Assembly: GCA_963828465.1 (NCBI GenBank)
Contig: CAWHEU010000007.1
Coordinates: 1-64,000, forward strand
Reading direction: 5' to 3'
Length of the DNA: 64,000 bases
Source of the DNA: an uncultured Acidobacteriota bacterium
GTDB taxonomy: Bacteria > Actinomycetota > Acidimicrobiia > Spongiisociales > ZC4RG35
The translations under genes and the position numbers were made by a program. Of this stretch, positions 9,847-19,505 are shown piece after piece. Each line of letters begins with the position of its first letter. The first letter of the stretch is position 1. Below the pieces are notes generated by a model that was given only the letters and a program-made list of their open reading frames with translations, ran no database searches and was not told where the DNA came from.

Positions 9847-10536
9847 CTACGCGGCGATGCCGACGATCAGGCCTACGACGAAGATGCCGCCTCCACCGAT
9901 GACTACCTGGATCGGCGTGATCTTGTGATGCAGGAGGCGTCGGGCGATCACCGTGTCCAACATGGTCACCCCACCGACTAGCAGCACCACCACACCTGCT
10001 ATCAGGAGCAGGTTGGATACCAGCTCGGCGAAGATCACGCACAAGGCGATGAGGGCAACGGCGGCGACGATGCCCCAACGACCGAAGACCCAGTCTGGGA
10101 GTTTCGATCCGAGCCTCTCCTGAGCCCAGGTCAGGTAGGTGCCGACCTTCGATTCGCCACGCACCTTGGGAGCCTTCACCTTCGGCGTTTTCACCTCGAC
10201 GGCTTTTGCAGCGACCGGCTGGGGGGAGACGGGTGCCGGCGTGGCCGGCGTCTTTGCAGCCCGTTTGGGCCGGCTGAGACGCTTGGGCTTCTGAGTCAGA
10301 GAGGCGGCCGCCTGGGTGAATGCGTCACGATCGGCGATTTCGAGCAAGAGGACCTCGCCCTCCGCCTTCACCCGGACGCCCTCGGGAACGTGGGATATGT
10401 CGATGGTGTCGACCGACCAGTCGCCGATGATGTGGTCGCCGGATGCCACCTGGAGCCGCCCTTCGCTGAGCTGAAAGGTCGCGGGAAGGGGACGGCTGTC
10501 GCCGGGCAAGCGAAGAGAGCCCTGGAACTGTCCCAT
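9847..10536 (-). CDS. Hypothetical membrane protein
   Basis: Beta-rich N-terminal domain, K/P/A-rich linker, about 3 C-terminal hydrophobic helices. Confidence 0.8.
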   Translation of the reverse strand: MGQFQGSLRLPGDSRPLPATFQLSEGRLQVASGDHIIGDWSVDTIDISHVPEGVRVKAEGEVLLLEIADRDAFTQAAASLTQKPKRLSRPKRAAKTPATPAPVSPQPVAAKAVEVKTPKVKAPKVRGESKVGTYLTWAQERLGSKLPDWVFGRWGIVAAVALIALCVIFAELVSNLLLIAGVVVLLVGGVTMLDTVIARRLLHHKITPIQVVIGGGGIFVVGLIVGIAA

Positions 10537-10607
10537 CAGTGGGTATATCGGCCGTTTCGCGCTCGGACTTAGCGAAAAATGGCAAATCCCGATGGTTAGC
10601 CTGAACG

Positions 10608-11525
10608 TTGTTGAGCGAGCCCACCTACCTCGATTTCACCAGTGATGAGTGGGCCGCGCTGCGGGCCAACACCCCGCTGACCCTCACCGAGTCGGATCTC
10701 GAGAAGATCCGGGGAATCAATGTCAATCTCGACATCGATATGGTCGAGCACAGCTTCCTCCCCCTGTCTCGTCTCCTCAACCTTCACGTCCAGGGCAGCC
10801 ATCAGCTGGCGACCGTCACCGACACATTCCTCGGTGCCCCACCGCGGCCCAGGCCCTTCGTGATCGGGGTCGCCGGTTCGGTGGCGGTGGGGAAGTCGAC
10901 GATCTCCCGGGTTCTCCAAGAGCTCCTCGCCAGATGGCCCCAGCACCCGCGTGTCGAGCTGGTGACCACCGACGGTTTCCTGTATCCCAACGCGGTTCTG
11001 GAGGAGAGAGGGTTGATGGACCGAAAGGGCTTCCCCGAGAGCTACGACCGCCGAGCCCTCCTCGAATTCGTCGCCCGGGCCAAGGGAGGAGCCGACCACC
11101 TCGAAGTCCCGGTCTACTCCCACTTCGCCTACGACGTGCTCGGGGACGAGACCCGGGGGATCACCCGGCCCGATATCCTGATCCTCGAGGGTCTCAACGT
11201 CCTTCAGGCTGGGGGTGTCGGCGCCTTTGTCAGCGACTATTTCGATTTCTCGATCTTCGTGGACGCCGACCCGGAAGCCGTCCGAGGGTGGTACATCGAG
11301 AGGTTCATCACGCTTCGCGATACCGCCTTCACGCAGCCCGACGCCTATTTCCATCGTTACGCCGACCTCAGCGACGAGAAGGCGGCAGCGGTGGCTTTCG
11401 ATATCTGGGCCCGAATCAACGAGGTCAACCTCTTCGAGAACATCCTCCCCACCCGGGAACGGGCGAGTCTCATCCTGAGAAAAGCCCCGGACCACTCGAT
11501 CGAGAGGGTCCGTCTGCGCCGCTGA
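10608..11525 (+). CDS. coaA: Type I pantothenate kinase
   Basis: [51 protein letters not shown]. Confidence 0.97.
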   Translation: MLSEPTYLDFTSDEWAALRANTPLTLTESDLEKIRGINVNLDIDMVEHSFLPLSRLLNLHVQGSHQLATVTDTFLGAPPRPRPFVIGVAGSVAVGKSTISRVLQELLARWPQHPRVELVTTDGFLYPNAVLEERGLMDRKGFPESYDRRALLEFVARAKGGADHLEVPVYSHFAYDVLGDETRGITRPDILILEGLNVLQAGGVGAFVSDYFDFSIFVDADPEAVRGWYIERFITLRDTAFTQPDAYFHRYADLSDEKAAAVAFDIWARINEVNLFENILPTRERASLILRKAPDHSIERVRLRR

Positions 11526-11546
11526 CCCGGTTACCCTCGCCCGACT

Positions 11547-12071
11547 GTGAGCAGAATGTTCTCCCGGGCGGGCCGTGCCGCCATTCTCGACCGGAAACCC
11601 TTCACCGAGGCGTACTTCGACGGCGATTCGGCGGCAGACGCCGCGATCCTCGTCGCGCTCGTGGCTGCAGTCACCTATGTGGGCACGCTTTTGCTCAGGG
11701 GGGCGATCGAGATCTTTTCCCTGCCGGGTCTCTTCGAGTATGTGATTTCCGGCGTGGTTTCCTGGCTGATCCTCGGCTTTGCGTCGTGGTTCGCCGCTAC
11801 CCGGCTGTTCCAGTCGACGGGCCGGCCGCAGACCTTCATCGCTCTCCAGGGTCTCGCCGTCCTGCCACTGGTCCTGGAATTGTTCGGCAGGGTCGGCGGG
11901 GGCATCGGTCTGATCTGGTACCTGGTCGTCCTGGTGGTTGGCACCAAGGAGGCGGCCAACATCGACACCCGAAACGCCGCCGTATCGGTGCTGATCGGCT
12001 TTGCCATCGCCGCCATCTTCCGCACACTTATCGGCGTTCCCTTCGCAGTGTTCTCAGCCCTGACCGGATGA
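11547..12071 (+). CDS. Yip1-like small multi-pass membrane protein
   Basis: About 5 hydrophobic segments; stop overlaps the truA ATG. Confidence 0.7.
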   Translation: MSRMFSRAGRAAILDRKPFTEAYFDGDSAADAAILVALVAAVTYVGTLLLRGAIEIFSLPGLFEYVISGVVSWLILGFASWFAATRLFQSTGRPQTFIALQGLAVLPLVLELFGRVGGGIGLIWYLVVLVVGTKEAANIDTRNAAVSVLIGFAIAAIFRTLIGVPFAVFSALTG

Positions 12072-12799
12072 CCACGCTCCGCCTCGACCTGGCCTATGAC
12101 GGCTCGGGTTTTAGGGGTTACGCCTTCCAGGAGGGGTTGCGGACCGTCCAGGGCGATCTCGAAGCGGCGTTGAAGGCGGTCCTCGGAAGCCCGGTGGAGA
12201 CTGCAGTGGCAGGGCGTACCGACGCCGGAGTCCATGCCAGGGGGCAGGTGGTCTCCTTGCAAAGCGACGAGACCCCCGATTTGGGAAGGCTGGCCCGCTC
12301 CCTCAACGGGATCGTCGGTCCCGAGATCGCTGTCACCTCCGTCACGATCGCCGACGACGACTTCCACGCCCGCTTCTCGGCCAGTTGGCGCCGGTATCGG
12401 TACACGATGTCGACCGGGACCGCTCCTGACCCGCTGGCCCGCGGATTCGAGTGGCATGTCGGCCCCCGCCTCGATCTCGGCGCGATGGCGGCTGTGGCTC
12501 CTGAGTTCGTCGGTGAGCTCGACTTCAGCGCATTCTGTCGTTCGGTCGACGGGGCAACCAATGTCCGCCGGGTCGACGAGTCGCAATGGGAGGCCGACGG
12601 TGAGCGTATCCACTATTGGATCAGGGCGAATGCCTTCTGTCACCAGATGGTTCGCTCCTTGGTAGGGCTCAGTTACGACGTGGGACGAGGCTTCACCCGT
12701 GGCGATTCGGTGCGGGAAATCGTCGACGCGGGCGACCGAAGTCGAGTGACGACCGTGGCTCCACCGCACGGGCTCATCCTCTGGGAGGTGGGTTACTGA
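12068..12799 (+). CDS. truA: tRNA pseudouridine(38-40) synthase
   Basis: LAYDGSGFRG, AGRTDAGVHARGQV, FHARFSA, AFCHQMVRSLVG, APPHGL. Confidence 0.97.
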   Translation: MTTLRLDLAYDGSGFRGYAFQEGLRTVQGDLEAALKAVLGSPVETAVAGRTDAGVHARGQVVSLQSDETPDLGRLARSLNGIVGPEIAVTSVTIADDDFHARFSASWRRYRYTMSTGTAPDPLARGFEWHVGPRLDLGAMAAVAPEFVGELDFSAFCRSVDGATNVRRVDESQWEADGERIHYWIRANAFCHQMVRSLVGLSYDVGRGFTRGDSVREIVDAGDRSRVTTVAPPHGLILWEVGY

Positions 12800-12816
12800 G
12801 GGCTGGTGGTGTGCCC

Positions 12817-12851
12817 GGGCAGGGGGGAGGACGCCCTACTCCCCCCTACCC
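12817..12851. terminator. Hairpin downstream of truA
   Basis: AGGGGGGAG (12821-12829) pairs with CTCCCCCCT (12839-12847). Confidence 0.55.
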
Positions 12852-12853
12852 AT

Positions 12854-13033
12854 TCAGGGAACCCGGAATTGAGGCCGACCCCTGAAGAACCGCTCCCCGA
12901 TCGATGCCAGTCCCCTGACGATGGCGTCGAGCGGAGAAGCCGAAGGTGCGTTCTTGACCTGAGGGCTGGGCGGCCGGCGACGGGTGCGGCCTTTGGAAAA
13001 CGCTTTGCTCAGATTCGTTCTCGGCTGATGCAT
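12854..13033 (-). CDS. Putative small basic protein (59 aa)
   Basis: GGAGG SD 9 nt before the ATG; MHQPRTNLSKAFSKGRTRRRPP...ERFFRGRPQFRVP; hairpins on both sides. Confidence 0.5.
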   Translation of the reverse strand: MHQPRTNLSKAFSKGRTRRRPPSPQVKNAPSASPLDAIVRGLASIGERFFRGRPQFRVP

Positions 13034-13107
13034 TTGATGAATCCTCCAGATGGCGTGGATCACAGACGTCCACGTCGTGAGATGTGATCGTGCCTGGTGC
13101 CGGGCCA

Positions 13108-13146
13108 ACCAAACATGGGGGACAGCCCCGTGGGGGAGGTCCCCCA
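13108..13146 (-). terminator. Putative terminator of ilvA
   Basis: TGGGGGAC..GTCCCCCA stem with an inner CCCC-GTG-GGGG hairpin, followed by TGTTTGGTT on the minus strand. Confidence 0.55.
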
Positions 13147-13158
13147 GGCCAACCCGGG

Positions 13159-14346
13159 TCAACCCCGGTATGGCTCCAGCGCGTGCGAGATGCGGGAGGC
13201 GTGGTCGGCGTCCCTGGTTTCGACCGAGATCGCGATCTCCACCCAGCCGAAACGGAGCCCGAAGCCCTCCCGATGATGCTCGACCAGGAGCACGTTGCCG
13301 CCCTCACCGGCGATGGTCTGCAGCACCGTGGCGAGGTTGCCCGGTTGGTCGGGTACCCGGACCGTGTACTCGGCGAATCGCCCTGATGCCTCGAGGCCGT
13401 GTCGAACTGCCTTGCCCAGGAACATCAAGTCGATGTTCCCCCCGGAGAGAACGATGCAGATCGGGTCGGGTGCGTCGTCCGGGATCAGCTTCTCCATCAG
13501 GGCGGCGACACCGACCGCGCCTGCTGCTTCGACGACGATCTTGGACCGATCGAGGACATAGGCCAGGGCGGACGTGGTCTGGGCGTCGTTGACCACGAGT
13601 ATGTGGTCGACGTGCTCGCCGGTGATCTCCCACACCAGATCGGAGGGGACCGATACGGCGATGCCGTCGGCGACAGTCGGGAGGCCACGCGGGAAGTCTC
13701 TGACCAGCACGCCGCGGCGTCTGCTCTCGGCGTAGACCGCGGCTGGCTCGATCTCGACCCCGATGACCATCACCGAAGGGCGAAGCGTCTTGATGGCCAG
13801 GGCAGTTCCTGCGAGAAGGCCCCCGCCACCGGTCGGGATGACGACCGTGCCGGTCTCGGGCAGCTGCTCCAGCAACTCGAGCCCGAGGGTGCCCTGGCCT
13901 GCGACGATGAGCGGGTCGTCGTAGGGATGCACGAAGTGGGCACCGGTTTGCCTGGCGTGCTCCACAGCAGCCTCGACCGCATCCGCCAGTGAGAACCCGA
14001 CCAGCCTCACGTCTGCCCCGTAGTCCTCAGTGGCCTTGACTTTCGGGATCGGTGCCGTCTCCGGCATGAAGATGGTGCAGGGTGAGCCCGTGAAGGCCGA
14101 GGCGAGTGCGACGCCCTGAGCATGATTGCCCGCGGAGCCCGCCACCACCGGCTTGCCATCGAGCCTCGTCAAGACATTCAGGGCTCCACGGATCTTGAAC
14201 GACCCGGCCCGCTGCATGCACTCGGCCTTGAGATAGACGTCGCGTCCGGTGAGTCGGCTGAAGGATTGGGACCAAACGAGCGGAGTCTCGGTGACATTCC
14301 CCTCGAAGCGGGCCCGTGCCTCCTCGATGTCGGTGAGGGTGATCAT
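13159..14346 (-). CDS. ilvA: Threonine ammonia-lyase with C-terminal ACT domain
   Basis: [16 protein letters not shown] (PLP lysine), [27 protein letters not shown]. Confidence 0.92.
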   Translation of the reverse strand: MITLTDIEEARARFEGNVTETPLVWSQSFSRLTGRDVYLKAECMQRAGSFKIRGALNVLTRLDGKPVVAGSAGNHAQGVALASAFTGSPCTIFMPETAPIPKVKATEDYGADVRLVGFSLADAVEAAVEHARQTGAHFVHPYDDPLIVAGQGTLGLELLEQLPETGTVVIPTGGGGLLAGTALAIKTLRPSVMVIGVEIEPAAVYAESRRRGVLVRDFPRGLPTVADGIAVSVPSDLVWEITGEHVDHILVVNDAQTTSALAYVLDRSKIVVEAAGAVGVAALMEKLIPDDAPDPICIVLSGGNIDLMFLGKAVRHGLEASGRFAEYTVRVPDQPGNLATVLQTIAGEGGNVLLVEHHREGFGLRFGWVEIAISVETRDADHASRISHALEPYRG

Positions 14347-14351
14347 CGCGA

Positions 14352-14381
14352 TTGGCCTAGGAGTGACAGTCGGCGTAGCAT
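14352..14381 (+). promoter_or_regulatory. Putative sigmaA promoter of rplM-rpsI-glmM
   Basis: TTGGCC, 18 bp spacer, TAGCAT; followed by a leader hairpin CTCCC-TGATC-GGGAG. Confidence 0.45.
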
Positions 14382-14452
14382 ATGCCTGCTCCCTGATCGG
14401 GAGCCGTTTCCCCAAACGCTCCCCGGTATCTTCAACCTGCCGAGGATTACTC

Positions 14453-14911
14453 ATGACCATGAACAAGACCTATTCGCCCAAGCCGGGCGATATCGAGCGA
14501 GCCTGGCTGGTGGTGGACGCCAGCGACCTGCCATTGGGCCGTCTCGCCTCCGAGATCGCGACGGTGTTGCGCGGCAAGCACAAGCCAACGTATGCGCCGC
14601 ACCTCGACGGCGGCGATTTCGTCATCGTGGTGAACGCCGAGAAGGTGGCCGTGACGTCAGACAAGAGTCAGACCAAGATCTACTACCGGCACTCCGGTTA
14701 CCCGGGAGGCATCAAGGCAGAGACCTTCGACCGGCTCCGTGAGCGCCGCCCCGAGGCGATCATCGAGCGCGCTGTCGTTGGCATGCTCCCCAAGACCAAG
14801 CTGGGCCGCCAGATGGCCCGCAAACTGAAGGTCTACGCCGGCCCCGATCATCCTCATGTCGCCCAGAAGCCCCAGGCTCTGGAGCTGAAAATCCGAAAGG
14901 TGGAACTCTGA
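14453..14911 (+). CDS. rplM: 50S ribosomal protein L13
   Basis: WLVVDA..LGRLAS..LRGKHKP..HSGYPGG..GMLPK. Confidence 0.99.
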   Translation: MTMNKTYSPKPGDIERAWLVVDASDLPLGRLASEIATVLRGKHKPTYAPHLDGGDFVIVVNAEKVAVTSDKSQTKIYYRHSGYPGGIKAETFDRLRERRPEAIIERAVVGMLPKTKLGRQMARKLKVYAGPDHPHVAQKPQALELKIRKVEL

Positions 14912-15303
14912 TGGCCAAGCCACTCGTCCAGGCCACCGGTCGTCGCAAGGAATCCGTGGCCAGAGTTCGTCTTGTCGATGGCTCGGGCCAGGTGACCCTC
15001 AACGGCCGGCCACTCGAGGACTATTTCCCGACCATGGCCACCCGGCTGAGGGTGATGGAGCCGCTGCAGATAACGCAGACCCAGGGCCGCTACGACGTAC
15101 TCGCCACGCTCGAGGGTGGCGGGCTCACGGGCCAGGCCGATGCGCTGCGCCTCGGTATCTCCCGGGCCCTAATCGAGCTCGACGAGGAGCTACGGCCTGT
15201 TCTCAAGAAGGCCGGGCTGCTCACTCGTGACGCCCGGGTCGTTGAGCGCAAGAAGTACGGGTTGCGCAAGGCTCGTCGGGCGCCTCAGTACACGAAGCGC
15301 TGA
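14911..15303 (+). CDS. rpsI: 30S ribosomal protein S9
   Basis: [38 protein letters not shown]. Confidence 0.99.
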   Translation: MAKPLVQATGRRKESVARVRLVDGSGQVTLNGRPLEDYFPTMATRLRVMEPLQITQTQGRYDVLATLEGGGLTGQADALRLGISRALIELDEELRPVLKKAGLLTRDARVVERKKYGLRKARRAPQYTKR

Positions 15304-15305
15304 AG

Positions 15306-16661
15306 TTGGCCGACCTCCGTCGTCTCCTCGACGAGGGCAAACCCATTTTCGGCACCGACGGCGTGCGCGGGGTGGCCGGGTCTGAACTCTCCGCCGAGCT
15401 GGCTCTTCTCATCGGGCGCGCCGCCGGCTCCTATCTCCGCGGCGGCCCCGTGGTGGTGGGGCGCGATACCCGGCGTTCCGGTGAGATGCTCTCATCCGCA
15501 CTCCAGGCAGGGTTCCATTCGATGGGTGTCGACACGGTCGACGTCGGCATCCTGCCCAGCGGAGGGATCAGCTATCTCACCGCAACCTCGGGGGCGACGA
15601 TGGGGGCAATCGTCTCCGCTTCCCACAACCCGGCGGAGGACAACGGGATCAAACTCCTCGCCGCCCGAGGCACCAAGCTCCCCGACGAAGTGGAGCGGGA
15701 ACTGGAGGACAGGCTGCGCTCACCTGAGGCGAGGTCCAAGGTCGGGCCCGATATCGGGACGCGGTTCGTGGACGGCGATGCCCTGGAGCGCTATGTCGAT
15801 CACCTCGCGGCGCTCTCCAAGTACAACCTGAGCAGCGTCGAGGTTGCCCTCGACTGCGCCAACGGCGCGGCCTTCAAGGCGGCGCCGAAGTTGTTCACCC
15901 GGCTCAAAGCAGACCTTCTTGTGCTGGCCGACGCCCCCGATGGGACCAACATCAACGACGGCTGCGGCGCCACCCATCCCGAGATGCTCGCCCGCGAAGC
16001 CCATGGGCGGATCGGACTGTCTTTCGACGGGGACGCCGACCGGCTCATCGCCATCGATGAGGATGGCCGGGTAGCAAACGGCGACGTGATTCTCGCCATC
16101 GTTGCCCGATACATGAAGACCCAGGGATCGTTGAAGAAAAATCTGGTGGTGGCGACCGTCATGTCCAACCTCGGGTTCCGCAAGTCCATGGCCGAGGTGG
16201 ACATCGACCTGGTGGAAACCAAGGTCGGTGACCGATACGTGATGGAGGCCATGCTCGAGCACAAAGCGATCCTGGGGGGAGAGCAGTCGGGCCACATCAT
16301 CTTCCTCGACAAGGGCCACACCGGAGACGGTCTGCTCACGGGAGTACGCCTTCTCGATGTGGTCGCCGGGACGGGCAAGGAGTTGCGTGAGCTTCGGGCG
16401 GAAGCCATCACCGAGTATCCGCAGATCCTCCAAAACGTTCGGGTTGGCCGCGGCGCAAGTCTCGACGACGCCGGCGCGCTCTGGGAAGAGGTGCGGGCCG
16501 TGGAGACCGAGTTGGGCGAGGAGGGAAGGGTGCTGGTCCGGGCCTCGGGCACCGAGCCCTTGATCAGGGTCATGGTGGAGGCCCCTAGCGAAGAGGCGGC
16601 GAGACGCTACGCTGATCGCTTATCGAGCGTCACTCAGACCTCGATGGGGAAGGAGGGATAG
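15306..16661 (+). CDS. glmM: Phosphoglucosamine mutase
   Basis: FGTDGVRG, SASHNP, FDGDADR, GGEQSGH, VRASGTEPLIRVMVE. Confidence 0.97.
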   Translation: MADLRRLLDEGKPIFGTDGVRGVAGSELSAELALLIGRAAGSYLRGGPVVVGRDTRRSGEMLSSALQAGFHSMGVDTVDVGILPSGGISYLTATSGATMGAIVSASHNPAEDNGIKLLAARGTKLPDEVERELEDRLRSPEARSKVGPDIGTRFVDGDALERYVDHLAALSKYNLSSVEVALDCANGAAFKAAPKLFTRLKADLLVLADAPDGTNINDGCGATHPEMLAREAHGRIGLSFDGDADRLIAIDEDGRVANGDVILAIVARYMKTQGSLKKNLVVATVMSNLGFRKSMAEVDIDLVETKVGDRYVMEAMLEHKAILGGEQSGHIIFLDKGHTGDGLLTGVRLLDVVAGTGKELRELRAEAITEYPQILQNVRVGRGASLDDAGALWEEVRAVETELGEEGRVLVRASGTEPLIRVMVEAPSEEAARRYADRLSSVTQTSMGKEG

Positions 16662-16690
16662 CCACCGACAGCAAGATCTGCGTGCGAGCA

Positions 16691-16836
16691 ACCAACAGCG
16701 CCCGACCTCACTCACGTGAGGTGACGAGGAGGAAGGTCATCGAAATCTTCGGCGGATGCCTTCCCGGCCAGCTCAGGTCGTCAGGATGGGAGCAAAACCC
16801 GGAAGCGATTCCGGAACAGAGGCCCACCCGTGAGCG
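16691..16836 (+). ncRNA. glmS ribozyme (GlcN6P-activated self-cleaving riboswitch)
   Basis: Core A/GCGCCCG at 16697-16704; P1 ACCUCAC/GUGAGGU; GACGAGG; UCAUCGAA..UUCGGCGGAUG; P2 GGAAGG/CCUUCC; P3 CGGCC/GGUCG; P4.1 CCGGAA-GCGA-UUCCGG; pseudoknot GCUCA/UGAGC; directly upstream of glmS. Confidence 0.95.
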
Positions 16837-16938
16837 CCGATTGATCGGCCCCCCGCACGCATCACCCGCGTTCCTGATGCAGACCGTCACCCAGTGACGT
16901 ATTGCATTCAGTACAAGCAGCAATAGCAAGGAACTGAT

Positions 16939-18765
16939 ATGTGCGGAATCGTTGGATATGTCGGGCCGAAGCCGGTGATCGACGTCTTGATGCCGGGTCT
17001 GGCCCGGCTGGAGTATCGGGGATACGACTCGGCCGGGGTGGCCCTCAACCACGGCGGGTCGCTGACCGTCCTCAAGAAGGCCGGTCGTATCGCCGACCTG
17101 CAAGGCCTGGTCGATCGTGAGGACCTTGCCGAGGCCCACACCGGGATCGGCCACACCCGCTGGGCCACGCACGGCGCGCCCAACACCGGCAACGCCCACC
17201 CCCATCTCGACTGCACCCAGGATGTGGTGGTTGTCCACAACGGGATCATCGAGAACTGGGTCGACCTCAAGGGCAAGCTCATCGAGACCGGCCACGAGTT
17301 CGAGAGCGACACCGACACCGAAGTGGTCGCCCACATGATCGAGGAGATGGCCGACCTTCCCCTGGCCGACGCCGTGCGCAGCGTCATGAACCAGGCCGAC
17401 GGGGCCCTCGCCCTTGTCGTAATGCGGAAGTCGGAGCCCGATGTCCTGGTGGGGGCAAGACGTGGCTCGCCGCTGGTGGTGGGCCGGGGCAAGGGTGAGA
17501 ACTTTCTGGCTTCCGACATCCCCGCCTTTCTCGAGCACACCCGTCACATGGTGATCGTCGAAGACGACCGGGTCGTCGAGATCCGGCCTGACGAGGTCAT
17601 CCTGACCGACCTGGGCGGCAACAGCATGCCGCTCGACGAGCGCCTGGTGGAGTGGGATTTCGAGGCCGCGGAGAAGGGTGGGTTCGACACCTTCATGCTC
17701 AAGGAGATCTTCGAGCAGCCCCACGCCATCACCGATACCCTCGCCGGCCGGGTCGAGTTCCCGGGTCGGGTGGTGCTGGACGAGCTGACCATCGACCCGG
17801 AGATCCTGCGCGAGATCGACAAGGTCTTCGTGGTTGCGTGTGGCACCTCGTACCACGCGGCGATGATGGCCAAGTACGCAATCGAGCGTTGGGCTCGTCT
17901 CCCGGTGGAGATCGACATCGCCTCCGAGTTCAGATACCGCGATCCGGTGCTCGACGACCGCTCGCTCGTGATCGGTATCAGCCAATCGGGCGAGACCATC
18001 GACACCCTGGCCGCAGTCCGCTACGCCAGGGCGCAAGGGTCGGTCGTCATCGGCGTGTCGAACGTGGTCGAGTCCGCCCTCGCCCGGGAATCGGACGCCG
18101 TTCTCTACACAAGGGCCGGTCCCGAGATCGGTGTGGCGGCGACGAAGACCTTCACCACTCAACTCGTGGCCATGCAGTTGCTCGGTCTCTATCTGGCCCA
18201 GGTGCGGGGGGCACTCGACCCTGGGGCAATCGAGCTACAGGTGAAGGAGCTGCTTCGTCTGCCCGACCAGGTCGAGGCCGTGCTGGCCCGGGCCGAGGAG
18301 CTGAGGACGATGGCGGAGCCCTGGTCCGAGACCCGGGATTGGTTCTTCCTGGGCCGGTCCGGCGACTTCCCGGTAGCGATGGAGGGCGCTCTGAAGCTCA
18401 AGGAGATTGCCTACGTTCGGGCCGAGGGATATGCGGCTGGGGAAATGAAGCACGGTCCGATCGCACTCATCGAGCCGGGTGTCGTAGTGGTCGGCGTGGC
18501 CACCGACAGCCACGTCCAGGCCAAGACTCTCTCCAACATGGAGGAGATGAAGGCGCGGGGCGCGACCATTGTCCTCGTCGCAGAAGAGGGAGACGACGTC
18601 GGCCATGTTGCCGACCATGTGATCCGGGTCCCGGCCGGGCCCGATCTGCTGTGCACGGTGACCGCCGTGGTCCCGCTCCAGCTGCTCGCCTATTACGTGG
18701 CGACCGCGAAGGGCATGGACGTCGACAAGCCCCGCAACCTGGCCAAGACGGTGACGGTCGAGTAG
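16939..18765 (+). CDS. glmS: Glutamine-fructose-6-phosphate transaminase
   Basis: MCGIVG, LEYRGYDSAG, GHTRWATHG, SQSGET, EGALKLKE, PRNLAKTVTVE. Confidence 0.99.
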   Translation: MCGIVGYVGPKPVIDVLMPGLARLEYRGYDSAGVALNHGGSLTVLKKAGRIADLQGLVDREDLAEAHTGIGHTRWATHGAPNTGNAHPHLDCTQDVVVVHNGIIENWVDLKGKLIETGHEFESDTDTEVVAHMIEEMADLPLADAVRSVMNQADGALALVVMRKSEPDVLVGARRGSPLVVGRGKGENFLASDIPAFLEHTRHMVIVEDDRVVEIRPDEVILTDLGGNSMPLDERLVEWDFEAAEKGGFDTFMLKEIFEQPHAITDTLAGRVEFPGRVVLDELTIDPEILREIDKVFVVACGTSYHAAMMAKYAIERWARLPVEIDIASEFRYRDPVLDDRSLVIGISQSGETIDTLAAVRYARAQGSVVIGVSNVVESALARESDAVLYTRAGPEIGVAATKTFTTQLVAMQLLGLYLAQVRGALDPGAIELQVKELLRLPDQVEAVLARAEELRTMAEPWSETRDWFFLGRSGDFPVAMEGALKLKEIAYVRAEGYAAGEMKHGPIALIEPGVVVVGVATDSHVQAKTLSNMEEMKARGATIVLVAEEGDDVGHVADHVIRVPAGPDLLCTVTAVVPLQLLAYYVATAKGMDVDKPRNLAKTVTVE

Positions 18766-18799
18766 AGGGCCTCTGCGGGATGCAGGAAGGAAAAGGCTG

Positions 18800-19459
18800 G
18801 TGAGGTTAGGCATCGAGCTGCCAGGGGATCGCCCGGTAGTGGTATTGGGAGCGCATGCGGACGACATCGAGATCGGTGCCGGCGGCACACTTCTGCAGTT
18901 GTCTCATGACCATCCTGAGAGCCGGTTCCTGTTCGCTGTAGCCGCAGCCGACGCCGAACGATCCAGCGAGGCAATTGCCAGTGCTCGCGACCTGCTGGGT
19001 GATCGAGCAGTTGTTCAGGTCGGCGGGTTCGAGGACGGCTTGCTGCCGTACACCGACCCGTTAGGAGTCAAGAATTGGCTGCGCTCGGTGGTCGAGTCGA
19101 TTCGACCCGCCCTCGTGCTCTCACCGTGGACCGGTGACGAGCACCAGGATCACCGGTTGATGGGTCAACTGGCATGGCAGATCTTTCGGGGATCGACCAT
19201 CTTGGAGTACGAGATCCCGAAATGGGAGAGCGAGCCCTTCGCCCCGAATCTGCTGATACCGCTGAGCGACGGGACCGCGGAAGCCAAACTCGACCATCTA
19301 GCCAAGTCGTTTCCCAGCCAGCACGGCAAGCCCTGGTACGACATCAGCCTCTTCAGCGCGACCCTTCGGGTTCGGGGTGTGCATCACGGCTCGAGCACAT
19401 ACGCAGAGGGGTTCGTTGCGCGCAAGCTTGCTTTGGAGCCAAGCGCCAGGGCTGATTGA
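18800..19459 (+). CDS. PIG-L/LmbE-family deacetylase
   Basis: GAHADDIEIGAGG, HQDH, LEYEIPKW, FPSQ. Confidence 0.85.
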   Translation: MRLGIELPGDRPVVVLGAHADDIEIGAGGTLLQLSHDHPESRFLFAVAAADAERSSEAIASARDLLGDRAVVQVGGFEDGLLPYTDPLGVKNWLRSVVESIRPALVLSPWTGDEHQDHRLMGQLAWQIFRGSTILEYEIPKWESEPFAPNLLIPLSDGTAEAKLDHLAKSFPSQHGKPWYDISLFSATLRVRGVHHGSSTYAEGFVARKLALEPSARAD

Positions 19460-19505
19460 CCCATGCCGGGGTCAATCTCGAATCGCCAACCCGGGGTCTG
19501 ATCGC

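Noticed and set aside
10649-12799. 716-aa ORF apparently extending TruA
   Set aside because: The upstream part is an off-frame shadow of coaA and the membrane gene; TruA begins at the coupled ATG 12068
16708-18162. Long antisense ORFs opposite glmS (also opposite secY, ugd, rpsD and others)
   Set aside because: Expected from GC3 codon bias; they contain no recognisable motifs
18720-18810. Tn7-like insertion at the glmS 3' end explaining the accessory locus
   Set aside because: No TGT-type transposon end, repeated TnsB sites or tns genes are visible
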